This document shows positions 50,883-64,000 of a stretch of 64,000 nt of DNA, one piece after another. The notes below the pieces were generated by a model. It was not told the origin of the DNA and did no database searches. It was given only the letters and a program-made list of their open reading frames with translations. The stretch is from positions 36,270,001-36,334,000 of the forward strand of contig NC_092356.1 of NCBI RefSeq assembly GCF_963676685.1, read 5' to 3'. Within the stretch, counting starts at the first letter, position 1. Each line of letters starts with the position of its first letter. Origin of the DNA: Mytilus edulis. Taxonomy: Eukaryota. A program made the position numbers and the translations under genes.

Positions 50883-53600
50883 CTAGTTCAAATGTAACAA
50901 ATAGGAGGCAGTGTCTGCAAACTGAAATACAGTAATATCATCATTCTGTAGTTGATCTTTCAGTTGTTGAAGGCGCTGGTTCAGTTGGGTATATTTCCTT
51001 CTTTTTGTAGGTCTTACTCCTCCGGCATGGTACTGGATAAGAGTTATCTCGTTAAATGCCTGTTCTTCTTTGAGGTAATTTAGTAGTGTATATATTTTTG
51101 GGTGTGGCACTTGGATCACTTTCTTCAAGCCGCTGTGCCAACCTTCTAGGTGGTTTGTTGTTCTTGGTCCTTCTGTTTGGTAGTGATTCCACAGCTGTCT
51201 GTTTGCTTCAACCCAGTAAGTACACTGTAAATAAAAGTGTTAAGAATCTGAACACTTTTTGAACGCCCTTTTGTAACACTTCTGGAACGCGTAACGGTGT
51301 TCTCAATATTAACATTGGTGTTCCAGTTTTTAACATTATGTGTGCATCTTTCGAACGCTATGTGTGTTATTTTTGAACGGATAGTGTGTACTCCTTGAAC
51401 ACCAAGTGTTAGAATCTGGAACACGTAACAGTGTTCTAGATATTAACTTTCGTGTTCCAGTTTTTAACATCATGTGTGCATCTTTCGAACGCTATGTGTT
51501 ATTCTTGAACGGATAGCGTGTACTTCTTGAACGCCTAGTGTTTGAATCTGGAACATGTCCTTGTGAGCAAAATTGTATGCCGTTACGCGTTCTAAGCCTT
51601 GTAACACTTCTGGAACGCTCGGACTGTGTTCCAGAAATATGTGTTAATATCCAGAACACATAGTGTATATTACTGGAACACAATTTTACATGTTCCAGAA
51701 AAAGTGTTATATTCTCTGAAACATTATTGTGGTCTTGTAAAACAAATATTTTAATTGATTAAAAACGTCTTTAATTGATTAAAAAAGGCAACATTTAAAA
51801 AAAAAGTACAATAAAATGTGAAATATTGAAGCAACTTTAAAATGACAAGTTAGACAAGTTAGAAATATAACATTTGTAATTTGCAAAATGTGTCCAAATA
51901 TTTACTCATAAACAAAATGTTCGTCATATATTTAAAATTATTATGTTACAACAAGGTCAAGTGTCTTATGTTTAACTCATCGTTTGCAACTTCCTAAGTC
52001 AAGAACTGTTCTGAATTTCTTTACAAAATACTGATGCCACTGACTCTTTTATCACCAAAATGTTCCATAATCCACTGGCTGCATAGCACTCAGATAGTCA
52101 ATATCAAACATAAAATACCCTGTGTATATGATGCTAGTAGTCGAGTCGGTGTTCATGTAACACTGCTTCCTTGGACACTTTTAAACATGATTTGAGTCGT
52201 TTACAACTGATTTTGAGCTTCCATTTCTAGAGGATTCGTCTCCTTGGGTTATAATTATTCTTTAACCTTGTTATCCATCAACCGTAAGTTCTAAAATGTG
52301 AAATATGAAGTGTATGAGTAAACAAATTATTCATCATGTCGACATTCCTTAAGAATATTAGAAAATCTTATTTCGTTTTTGTAATTCCATTATACTTGTC
52401 ACCATTATAAGATAAGATGCATTTGCCAATGAGTGGTAATTGAGTGGTCAAATGTGCTCTCGTGTTCTATATCTTTTTAAAAAAATGATAGAAAGTGTCC
52501 AGCAAGTGCTATTATGTTTTTTAGGCAAAACTTTATCGTCAACTTAGAACTGTCACTAAATTAACTGCTAACATTTCAAGAAACTAATTACCATTTGCCT
52601 TTATTTTGAAAGATATTTAGTAATTTTTTCACTTATGATCTGTATACGGATAATTGACGGATGATGTAATTGCATCAAATTTAGCTCAAATAGCTTTCTG
52701 ATTAATGTAAACAAGTGAATGGTGCACATTTTATTGATAAATCTGCAATAACAACACTTGTAAGAAGTCAATGGACATGCACTCCTATTCAAAATTCTTA
52801 AACTTACATATAGTACTTTTATGGTGCAGGATAAGTAGTCATCTCTTGAACTGCAACATGTTCTCTTTATTCTCGAGGTATGCACGAACAATTACCCTTA
52901 AGTACAGTATAGTTGGGTTTGTACCCTATAAAAGTAACATAGGAATACATTACAATACATGAATGCAGTGCACAAGGGTGGACATTTGCTAAAATGAATT
53001 ACTAATTACAAAGCCGATACAGCTAAAATACATTTATCGTCAAATCATAGTACGAATCACCCTTATTCATCGTCTGTTTGACTCTGAAATGATGAATTTT
53101 TTTTTCACTCCCCATTACAATATAAGAACATTTTTAGTGTTCAATTTAGAACACTTGTCTTGAATATGTGCGTTAAAAGACTGAACACAATGTGTTATAT
53201 TCTTTAACGCTGGCGTTCAATGTGGAACACTAATGTTAATAACTGAACATATTGTGTTTAAAATTGGAACGCGTCCAGACGCGTCAGGCGTCTGCAATAT
53301 TTGCAGTGTAGTGACGTAATCTGTAAAAGGGGTAATATTTGCAGTTGAGTCTGAGTTTTCCAACTCTTCTAGTGCATGAAACCAGACGTCTTTTACTTCT
53401 GCTGTTGGTACGAGTGGAAGAACTGCTGCTCTGAGTATCAGTTGGTGGATTTCTGGTTCCCCTTTGTAGTTTGTGACGAGCCCTGTAATGATTGCACTTT
53501 ACGCCAAATGCATTATGTAAAGTGGAAAAAACAGCCTTTAATAGTAATTCCCGGAAAAGATGATCTGGCAGAATTCTGTACAGCAGATACGTAATCTATG
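50883..53600 (-). pseudogene. MULE transposase C-terminal half, disrupted and split by an insertion
   Basis: KGCF-HFT*CIWRKVQ...AVLPLVP..EVKDVWF...FTDYVT|TYWVEANRQLWNHYQTEGPRTTNHLEGWHSGLKK. Confidence 0.85.
51223..53308. mobile_element. CACTG-ended (EnSpm/CACTA-like) element
   Basis: CACTGTAAATA...TATTTGCAGTG; 2-bp TA TSD; removal restores the transposase frame; GAACAC/GTGTTC subterminal repeats. Confidence 0.75.
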
Positions 53601-56242
53601 AAGAAAGTATGTTAAATGTATGCATTATATTGATATTTATTTAGAATCTTAACAAAACAAAAATTATAAATGATGTTATTTGTATATGTTTTATAATTAA
53701 AAGTAACATTTTAGATATGTTTTTAGATACGACATGTTATATTATTTAATGAAAAGTGCATTAATTTCATAATTTAAAAAAAAATCATATCTTATACTTA
53801 ATAAAATGGATATAATCCAAAAATAATACTATATATAAAAGTTAATAATTAATTCTTGTTATTTTAACAAAATCAACACAAAGTCATCTGTTTATTTAAG
53901 AACATTTCACATAAAAAAAATAATGTGGGACAATCAGAACTTTTCATGTGGGACAATCAGAACTCTAAAATTTTAAAAAGTGGGACAATCGGGAATAAAC
54001 CGAAAATTGGTATCCAACGAATTATAATGAATCCACAGTATTGAATCTATATGATGCAACTCTCAAAATGAATGTTCAAGTTTCCTCCCAGGATCCAGGA
54101 GTGTTTATCAAATATACCCTGAAATTGGAACAAGATTGCATTGCATGTTGGTTATCTTAAATTATGGCTGTTGACCATATGCCAGAAGTACTAACAAAGG
54201 AAAAAGTGGATAAAATTCCACTTTAACAAACCAGAAATTTTAAACCGATTTTTTTGGCTTAGATAATGAATTATTTCTGATTGTCAAGATATTCAAATTT
54301 GGTTTCTGGTCGAAATCTTTCACACCTTACTAAATATCTTGACCCAACTTGGTTTGAAAATGGATTTTGGAAAGAGAAAGACCACTTGACTCAAGTTGAA
54401 GTAGCTGATGGACTGAATTTTTGAAATTTTAAGTATCCAGAGAAGGCATCTTGCAAACCTTATGTCCATCTTCTCTGTTCTTAGCTTCAGAATGCTCCTT
54501 AATAAAAATTAAGACTTTTGGTTTTCACTTGGAAGGTCATTTTTGTGGATATTCTAGAATCTGCCATCTCTGTGGGCCCCGCTGTGAATAATATGTGGTA
54601 AAAAAATTGTATATTTACCATAGGACATGGGGTTCTCAACTAACACCAAAGTTTTTATGCCCCATTTATGGGCATTATGTTTTCTGGTCTGTGCCTCCGT
54701 TCGTCTGTTCGTTTGTCTGTCCTTCCGTTTTTTCTTTCGTTCTGCTTCAGGATAAAGTTTTGGTTAAAGGTTTTGGTCTAGGTAGTTTTTGATAAAGTTG
54801 AAATCCAATCAACTTGAAACTTAGTAAACATATACCCTATGAAATGATGTTTTTAATTTTAATGCCAAATTAGAGATTTTACCCCATTTTAACGGTCCAC
54901 TGATCATAGAAAATGACAGTGCGGATAGGGCATCCGTTTACTTGGGACACATTCTTGTTGACCTTGATATTTGACCTAGGAAGTTGTACATACATTATGA
55001 CACACCCTTTGGTGTTGATAAATATACATGTCAAGTATAAACTTTGAAATCATAACTGTTCTCAAGATATAGAGTGGACACAATCTTTACCATAAGACAT
55101 GGGGGTTGTCAACTGCAACCAAAGTTTTTGACCTTGACCTTTAACATAGGAAGTTGTACAAACATTATTACACACCATCTGGTGTTGGTTAATATACATG
55201 TCAAATTTAAAGTATGAAACTATAACAGTTCTCAAGATATAGAGTGGACATAATTTGTTATAAAAGGACAGACAGGTAGAATAAGATGGACAGATACTTT
55301 AAATAGCAAAAATCATCAGCAGCACTAGATATACAATTGAGATAATATAACTGACATCATCAGTTGACAATTGAATTTATTGACTTTGAAAGACTATTTT
55401 TACTAATTTTTGTGAGTTTTTTTTTTGCAGAAACTATATTAGATAGAAATTGCTCATAGTAAAATGATCTATATGGCAAGCTTACATATACAGTCAACAT
55501 GTATCATATTGAAAGTCAGCTCCTCTTTTAAAAGTCATTGGAATTGAATGATGATTTTTTTTTTACCAATTTGTGTGTTTTGTAGAAACTAAGAGTAGCT
55601 AGAGAGAAAGTGTTATCAGCAAATTGATACACAACATCTCTTCTTGTTCATACTTAAAAATTGCTAATAAAGGCAAACAAAGTACGTTAGTTGACAATAG
55701 ACCTGAAGAGATAGCAAATGTTGACATTAGCCTTTTAGCTTTTCACACTTATAATGGTTAAAATAGAAACAAATATACAGGTTATTGGAAGAATATTTTA
55801 TTATAAATATAAACATTAAAATTATCTCTTTCATTAAATTACATGGGTATATCAAACTTCTGTTATATTATGAAAAATAATTGTACAATTAACAAAAGCA
55901 CACCTATAACTTAGCCTATATCAGCAATAGTTGTATAAATTTACAGCACTATAAACATGTATAAAATGTACCATATACCACCTCTCCATTTAGATAAAGA
56001 AATGTTTCATTCATGTGATAAATGTCATAATTTATAATCAACAAAGAAGATGAAACTGCATTTATTTCTAACACAGCTCTGATTTACAAAATTTATATAA
56101 AAAAAAACTCTCCTTCTATTACTTTGAAATATACTGAAATCCAGCAACAGAAAATATTCATTACAAGTGCTATACTATGATCAAATATTTCATTATCTTT
56201 TTCAAACAATATATTAACATATTTGAAATAAGATAAAAGTTA

Positions 56243-56650
56243 ACACTGGTAATAAATTTGAATATAAAGGCTGAAGGTTCACAGTCACTGGTAATAAATT
56301 TGAATATAAAGGCTGAAGGTTCAGTCACTGGTAATAAATTTTAATATAAAGGGTGAAGGTTCACAGTCACTGGTAATAAATTTGAATATAAAGGCTGAAG
56401 GTTCACAGTCACTGGTAATAAATTTGAATATAAAGGCTGAAGGTTCACAGTCACTGGTAATAAATTTGAATATAAAGGCTGAAGGTTCAGTCACTGGTAA
56501 TAAATTTGAATATAAAGGCTGAAGGTTCACAGTCACTGGTAATAAATTTGAATATAAAGGCTGAAGGTTCACAGTCACTGGTAATAAATTTGAATATAAA
56601 GGCTGAAGGTTCACAGTCACTGGTAATAAATTTGAATATAAAGGCTGAAG
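56243..56650. repeat. 42-bp tandem repeat, ~10 copies (two 39-bp variants)
   Basis: Unit CACTGGTAATAAATTTGAATATAAAGGCTGAAGGTTCACAGT. Confidence 0.95.
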
Positions 56651-57808
56651 GCAATGTGAACATTTCAAACAGATCAATGTCTTGCATGAATTATTTCTTA
56701 AATCAATTATCATGTATAAAATCTTTCTTAAATCAATTATCATGTATACAATCTTATTTAAATCAATTCATACATTGAGTTGTACAGAGAGTTTGGTAAA
56801 GTACAGTTATTCATCAACTTATGACATAAAACCTATGGCTGTATAATTTACTTGATGTAAACTAAGGAATTTTATAAGCAATTCTTGGATAGAAACTTTT
56901 GATAAATTTAGAGTTATCCCCCCATTATGATGAAGAGTTGTCTCCCATACATTTTTTCATCTTTGAATTGTTATATTGATTCAAAAAAATATTGAAAGAC
57001 AAATTAAAATTGATTTAAAAGGAATTTGAATTTCTGTATGATCAAAAAGATTGTAATGTACTTCTTTCTATACACGATTGTTGATTAATACATAATGGAA
57101 TTTGCCATAAATTAACTTGGCTGCTTAATTTCTAAAAGTTTACATGATTAGGCATTTTATCTTTATAACTCAGGCATATTTACCATTTTAGTAGTTTGAG
57201 GGATTATTGTTTTGTTAGTGGGGAGTAAAAAATCTTAAAACAGTCAATATGGATCAATTTTGTACTTATTGTCAATGAAGAATATTAAACTCTGACAGTA
57301 GTCAAGAGGAAACATGTACATAATAAACATACAAAGTAAAATAAGACTAGAAAAGGAGTGAACATTCATACACACTGAAATAAAGGTTAAAATTTGACCT
57401 GGCAGTAGATAAAATTAATCCACAGTCACTGATTTTTGTTATCTAATTATAACTCTCTGGTGACTAAAAAAATGAACATGTCATGAATATTTATCAATGT
57501 ATATACTAAATGGGATCATTTGGCAGTTTTTGGACCCTTTAAGAAAACAGTAGATCACGTACACAATATGACATTATTTGATATGCATTTAAACAAACTT
57601 ACAAAAAATCTTGAAACCAAAAAACAATCAGTAATTTATTCTTAAACAAATAAAACATAAGTGATTGTCTTTCTCTTTAAAACTTTCAAACATCTAAATT
57701 ATATCATAGCTCACAGAAAATTCCATATTACAAATTTCTTGACCACACAATATCTTTTTCCATTGACTGAATAATACAAAGCAACACTTATATAGTTGTC
57801 AACAATGA

Positions 57809-57965
57809 TCACAGCCTTGATTTAAATCCTACATGTTTTAAAGCTTCCGATAATGCTCGGAGAACACGATTAACATTGTCAGGTGTAGCGTTGTATCCCA
57901 TAATTCCTATTCTCCAAATCTTTCCCGCCTGAGCTCCTAGACCTCCTGATATCTCAACCTTATAT
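57809..57965 (-). CDS. AGXT: Alanine--glyoxylate / serine--pyruvate aminotransferase, last exon
   Basis: YKVEISGGLGAQAGKIWRIGIMGYNATPDNVNRVLRALSEALKHVGFKSRL*. Confidence 0.92.
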
Positions 57966-58156
57966 CTACAAAAAATAATTAACATAAGATATATGAATGC
58001 TATGTCAAAAGTATTAAATCAATTGTTCATTATATTATAATGCTTAAGATTGATATACTCAAGTTTTACTTAAAATGTAGGTTCTGAACCTTTTTTTAAC
58101 AACCCAACCTTAAGAACCATTTTCTCTTCACTAGTTAGTAAAGATATGAAAATTGT

Positions 58157-59484
58157 AACTAGAGGCTCTAAAGAGCCTGTGTCGCTCACCTTGGTCTATG
58201 TGAATATTAAACAAAGGAAGAAGATGGATTCATGACAAAATTGTGTTTTGGTGATGATAATGTGTTTGTACATCTTACTTTACTGAACATTCTTGCTGCT
58301 TACAATTATCTCTATCTATAATGAACTTGGCCCAGTAGTTTCAGTTAAAAATGTTTGTAAAAATTTACAAATTTTATGAAAATTGTTAAGAATTGACTAT
58401 AAAGGACAATAACTCCTTAGGGGGTCAATTGACCATTTCAGTCATGTTGACTTATTTGTAAATCTTACTTTGCTGTACATTATTGCTGTTTAAAGTTTAT
58501 CTCTATCTATAATAATATTCAAGATAATAACCCAAAACAGTAAAATTTCCTTAAAATTACCAATTTAGGGGCAGCAACCCAACAACGGGTTGTCCGATTC
58601 ATCCGAAATTTCAGGGCAGATAAATTTTGACCTGATAAACAATTCAACCCAATGTCAGATTTGCTCTAAATGCTTTGGTTTTTGAGTTATAAGCCAAAAA
58701 CTGCATTTTACCCCAATGTTCTATTTTTAGCCATGGCGGCCATCTTGGTTGGTTGGCCGGGTCACGCCACACATTTTTTAAACTAGATATCCCAAAGATG
58801 ATTATGGCCAAGTTTGGATTAATTTGGCCCAGTAGTTTCAGAGAAGAAGATTTTTGTAAAATATTACTAAGATTTACGAAAAATGGTTAAAAATTGACTA
58901 TAAAGGTCAATAACTCCTAAAGGGGTCAATTGACCATTTTGGTCATGTTGACTTATTTGTAAATCTTATTTTGCTGAACATTATTGCTGTTTACAGTTTA
59001 TCTCTATCTATAATAATATTCAAGATAATAGCCAAAAACAGCAAAAATTCCCAAAAATTACCAGTTCAGGGGCAGCAACCCAATAACGGGTTGTCGCATT
59101 CATTTGAAAGTTTGAGGGCAGATAGATCTTGACCTGATAAACAATTATACCCCATGTCAGATTTGCTCTAAATGCTTTGGTTTTTGAGTTATAAGCCAAA
59201 AACTGCATTTTACCCCTATGTTCTATTTTTAGCCATGGCGGCCATCTTGGTTGGTTGGCCGGGTCACGCCACACATTTTTTAAACTAGATACCCCAATGA
59301 TGATTGTAACCAAGTTTGGTTTAATTTGGCCCAGTAGTTTCAGAGGAGAAGATTTTTGTAAAAGTTAACGACGACGGACGACGGACGACGACGGACGACA
59401 GACGACGGACGACGACAACGACGGACGCCGGACGCCAAGTGATTGGAAAAGCTCACTTGGCCCTTCGGGCCAGGTGAGCTAAAA
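58157..59484. mobile_element. HINE-like element (same family as 7566-8944) in AGXT intron
   Basis: Same termini, GACG microsatellite, 3' hairpin and ~500-bp internal duplication. Confidence 0.78.
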
Positions 59485-60034
59485 AGGTGATAGCTTGGCC
59501 ATACTTCCGCTATATATTAAAAGTTTTCTCTTACTTTAGCAATATATTAAAGGGGCATTAGTAACGAGATATATCAAAATTTAAAATATGTTATTGTTTT
59601 GCTCAATTATTAAAGAAATTGAAAAAGGTTTAGCAGCCAGTTTAGTTCAATTTTGTCAAAATAAGATAAGAAAAATAACTGATGAATTATTCACTTGCAA
59701 GTGAATAATTCGACCTCATTGAATCTATATTAATTTCTTCAATTTAACCCCTTAGCTCAAGATTGGTTATGCATGAATTAACCATGTTCATTATATTTGT
59801 TTAGGGGCAGGCTGAAGGACGCCTCCGGGTGCGGGAATTTCTCGCTACATTGAAGACCTGTTGGTGACCTTCTGCTGTAGTTTTTTTCTACGGTCGGGTT
59901 GTTGTCTCTTTGACACATTCCCCATTTCCATTCTCAATTTTATCAGATATAAAAAAGGAAAAGAATGTCAATATTGAAAGTGAAACTAGGGTAAACCATT
60001 TAATTGACTGATTCGATCCACATAAAAATCTTAC

Positions 60035-60117
60035 TGATTCATGGCATAATCTGCTACTTCTTTCCAATTAACACCTGCTGGTACTTTAACACCAGTGACA
60101 CATGGAAGACGGACAGA
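60035..60117 (-). CDS. AGXT: AGXT exon (83 nt)
   Basis: SVRLPCVTGVKVPAGVNWKEVADYAMN; canonical splice sites. Confidence 0.9.
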
Positions 60118-60392
60118 CTGAAATTGAAAAATACTATAATCATACTATACTTTATAAAATGTAGGATATACAGTAAAGAATAAATGTTTTGTTTCCCAGA
60201 TATTTCCCACATTTAATTGGCATACATCAAATGACCAGTCCTACAGGAGGAATGGAAAACCAGTGGGCATTGTATGCATTCTAATTTATGAAGTTTTTAC
60301 ATATTATGTAGTTTTCTATTTGATAACTGATAAAATTGTTGGGAAGTTATTTGAAATTGAAAAATTTGAAGTTATATGAAGTAAAATGTTAC

Positions 60393-60488
60393 CTTATCTT
60401 GTACAAAAAGTTCCAACCCCATTCTCTGTACTCCTTCATGTAACATCTCAGCACATTTCTTGTGTGTAGCCCAGCTATTTTCTAAACC
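60393..60488 (-). CDS. AGXT: AGXT exon (96 nt)
   Basis: GLENSWATHKKCAEMLHEGVQRMGLELFVQDK. Confidence 0.9.
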
Positions 60489-61211
60489 CTAAAAAAAAGA
60501 AGATGAACAAGTATGAATGCCTTCCTTGAATAAAAACATATGCTTGGGTTTATCATACAATTAAAGAATGAAACTGACTCTCAAAATTGCACAATTAAGT
60601 ACTTAAATATATAAACATTGCATAACTTGTAATAAATCTTCAAGTTAAGATTACCTTGATTTCATTCAATTTTAGGATAAATAAATAAATAAATTTGTTC
60701 AAAAACATCAGCTGGAGATAGCCATCTACATTTGTATCATATATTGTGTATATTATATCAATATATGATTATTTTTGCAAAAGAATGAGTTTTTTTGGTC
60801 CGTGTTAAAGGCCCAACTATGACTTTGAGATTAAGAACAGCAAAACGCACTGTTCCTTTGCGTTATTTTTTGCTGTGCATGTACTGATTGTGTTTCATGA
60901 ATGAATACCCCATATCCATTTATTTTTATTTTTAAATAAATGTTTAAGACAACTGTACTTTGAAAATCTGAACTTGAAAGATATTTTTTATTCACATGAA
61001 TTTGTTATATTTTGTATCAATAATCTACATGTACCAAAATTAAAAACAGCAAAACATTCCTAATAACTTCATTAACCCAACACACCATAAGAAAGCTAAA
61101 TATCTTCAATTCCTTTTCATGTCTAAGATTCTTTTTTAAATGAAGCTCCAACCATACAACACTCAAACATTGTTTTCATTTGTTTAATTTCTCTGTATAA
61201 GTTATAATTAC

Positions 61212-61281
61212 CTCTTCTACTAGTCTGGAAAATCCCTCTCTCAATGCATAAACACTCATTATCGGGCCTGTATGGTGATAT
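61212..61281 (-). CDS. AGXT: AGXT exon (70 nt)
   Basis: YHHTGPIMSVYALREGFSRLVEE. Confidence 0.92.
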
Positions 61282-61849
61282 CTAAAATAGAAACGACATG
61301 TATGTTCCTGATATTATAACTGTTTAAATACATAAAAAAAGACTGGCTGAACCAAAGACTCCTTAATTCCATGTTGGTAGATTTCCCTTCAGTGGTACTG
61401 ATGGTATGCAGGGTTGTCAAATAAAAATAATTAATACAGCTAAATAGAAAACAATGCTTATGTCATCTACATCTTTTATTTTTTGTCCACAAGTTAAGCC
61501 GATTCAATCTGCATCTTCAGAACTATCATATTTTATTCTTGATAAATATGCAGTTTAAATATTCTTGTTACTTGAGGGCAAAAAAGTCACTTGTAATATC
61601 ATTAACACATACCAATATTACAAACAAGTGAACAAGTACAGTTTACTCTACATCTTTGCTTTTGTATTGAAATGGATGCAAATGAAGAAATTTAAATAGG
61701 CTTAACATACCCTACACCAGTCATATATGCCTATTGATTCAGATGAATTGACTAAAAAGTGAAAAGCTACCAGATGATGGAAAATTGATGACTGAGGAGA
61801 TCACAATAGCTATCACTGAATCTCCGAGCCCAGTGAATTAACTCATATC

Positions 61850-63118
61850 CAGGGTTTCCGCTGGCGGTCGCCATTTTCGCAATTTGCGAAAAAATAATAA
61901 TTGTGGCGATAAAAAATCGTCATTTGCGAAAGAATTTGGCGAAAGAAATATATATAGAACGATTTATTTTCGACCATCTTGTTTATTTACTTTTTTCGAG
62001 TTTCTCGGACTTTACCCGTTCAGACAATACTCGGAATTCACCTTGACCTCATTAAGGTTTGGACAGAAAATCAATAATCAGCTGATTGCATTTTATCGAC
62101 AACAAAGGACTATTAATAAAGGTGTTGATTGAATATTGTTTGACAAAATGATATGGTTAAATGGCTTCCGCTAAATGTCACATACAGAATTTATTTACCA
62201 CTTTACGACGCACGTGTTTGAAGCAAACTTTTGACGTCTCCTCTCCTTTTAAAGATAGTTTAGAAAAGAAAGCTGTTGTTGTGACGAAAAATGTTCAAAA
62301 GCAAGAAAAATATCCGATTTAAAACTTTAATTATCCTTTGACTTTAATATCGGTAATTGATTAGGGAGACTACTTTAAAGTCGTTTGAGTGACACACATG
62401 TTTCAAGCATAGTTTTACCAGAGACATATAATACAATATTATTGTATTATATGTCTCTGGTTTTACGTCTCAACTTTTTCATTTACGATGGTCAAGAAAA
62501 GAAAACTGTCATTATGAAGAAATCTATTCAAAAGGTTGGGAACAAGCCCTTGAATGAGAGTAGCCCTTTAATGTAATGCCTACACATGAAACGAGGGATC
62601 AATTTCATGTGATAAAAGCTTTTGTTTTGTTGTAAAAACCACTTCTTAGTACACAAGGGAACATCAGTATTTTTCTTTTCAAGAAACTTTCCCTACGAAC
62701 TATACTGGTAATATATAATCAAAATATGTCCATTAATTTTGGTTATATTCCAGGACTTATATCTTCTTTATTATATAAAGTATAGTGGCCCAATCATTAA
62801 GAAAAGTTGTTTAAAATACAATCCCTTTTAAGTTAAAAATAAAATATGTTGTTTTAAAGTAAGTGTTTAGTGTTTATTCATTAAAATGTTAACTCTAAAA
62901 TAAGTTTGAGAGCATAATCATAGACACAATGGGGCAAAATCATCTTATTTAAGGGAAAGGGGGGGGGGGGGGGGGGGGGGGGGTAGAAAAAAAGGTATAT
63001 TTTAAACGAAAAATATAGTAGTTATGTTACTTGGCGAAAAAAATAATAAAGTGGCGAAAAATATATTGTTTTGGCGAAAGAGGTGGCGAAAAAAATAATT
63101 GACCCAGGGGAAACCCTG
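61850..63118. mobile_element. hAT-type MITE in AGXT intron
   Basis: TIR CAGGGTTTCC; 8-bp TSD CTCATATC; TGGCGAAA subterminal repeats. Confidence 0.85.
62419..62459. mobile_element. 41-bp hairpin micro-element
   Basis: CAGAGACATATAATACAATA-T-TATTGTATTATATGTCTCTG; 7-bp TSD GTTTTAC. Confidence 0.72.
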
Positions 63119-63222
63119 CTCATATCCCTCAAGAGAACCCAATTATTATTTAGACTACTGTTTTTTTCTGATGGCTATAGCATTGACAGGTTTAAATAAC
63201 ATCTTTATACACCAGTACACAC

Positions 63223-63318
63223 CTTCTAGGGTTCTCCTCACATCCCCAATAGTTAGATAGATGATTCATATCGAAGTAGAAGGATCTTACTGGTGTCTTT
63301 CTCTTCAATACCTTCTCT
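63223..63318 (-). CDS. AGXT: AGXT exon (96 nt)
   Basis: EKVLKRKTPVRSFYFDMNHLSNYWGCEENPR. Confidence 0.92.
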
Positions 63319-63742
63319 CTGCAAGAAAATTGTTATTTGTAAAACCATATTGATTAACATTCTATTTGACTCATCATTATGTCTAATCAGAAATTATGAA
63401 ATGTCTTTTCGGGACAATGTTTATTTGAACTTGCTTTGAGAAATAATGTTATAGTGTAGGCATTGAATTTTCATTTTTCCAATTCATTTTTTTTCTCCTA
63501 TTTTAAATATTTTTAATAATTTATTTTAAATAAACAGCGATTACTCAGTCATAGCAGATGGAAAGACTGCTAGGCTTGATTTCAAAATAATGTGTCCATA
63601 TAAGGTGACATAGTGTTGCTTTATGACATAGCAAAGTAAAAATCTGATTCTAAATGTTCCTCTTCTACAAAGTATTGGTGTCATACTTTCTTTGATGCAA
63701 TCATCATTCTAACTAAACAAGCTAATCAGATGCACAACTTAC

Positions 63743-63827
63743 TTCCCTTTTTCTGAAAATGATATTGGACTGGCTCCTGGTGGTGCACTTAAAACTTTCT
63801 GGGAACCAGTGTATATACAGTCAATTT
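63743..63827 (-). CDS. AGXT: AGXT exon (85 nt) with PLP-binding lysine; upstream exons lie beyond the window
   Basis: [27 protein letters not shown] (SQK motif). Confidence 0.93.
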
Positions 63828-64000
63828 CTACAGAAGAAATAAAATGTATTAGTAAAGTGATTTATATCTGGTGGATAACTGATGTCAAAGCAATCACAAA
63901 GGTTGAAAATACATATCTTAATAATTTAACATATTTTTTGTGTCAGGAATCACAATGGTTTTTTTATAATTCAATAGGACATTAATATTTTGTAATGTAA

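Larger units (their letters stand above)
50401..54000 (-). mobile_element. Defective MULE (Mutator-like) transposon
   Basis: TIR core TTCCCGATTGTCCCAC; 10-bp TSD CGAAAATTGG; transposase remnant. Confidence 0.85.

Noticed and set aside
56321-56778. Repeat-protein ORFs
   Set aside because: Artefacts of the 42-bp VNTR; no splice or start support

Overview
AT-rich, intron- and transposon-rich animal genomic DNA, not prokaryotic. The repeat families and intronless nAChR-like genes suggest a bivalve mollusc, probably Mytilus (inference). Genes: 5' coding exons of LEKR1 (minus, continuing toward or past the left edge); two 3-exon SLC25A35/34-like mitochondrial carrier paralogues (plus, 14712-17361 and 40678-46515); between them, two tandem intronless Cys-loop (nAChR-like) receptor genes lacking the canonical ACh-binding residues (minus); and the last six exons of AGXT (minus, C-terminal PTS1 SRL). 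Introns and intergenic DNA hold many nested DNA-transposon derivatives (hAT, MULE, Harbinger-, Kolobok-, CACTA-like, Helentron-type), plus LINE and Penelope remnants and VNTRs. Highlights: (1) a 353-nt retrozyme-like unit with a complete type I hammerhead ribozyme, a second hammerhead-like motif on the opposite strand and an adjoining Penelope RT remnant; (2) the atypical receptor pair as candidate chemosensory channels; (3) 35-46-bp hairpin micro-elements with clean 7-8-bp TSDs; (4) four CAG-ended elements with 5-bp TSDs; (5) a GC-AG intron confirmed by the paralogue. All coordinates were read by eye, and no database searches were run.
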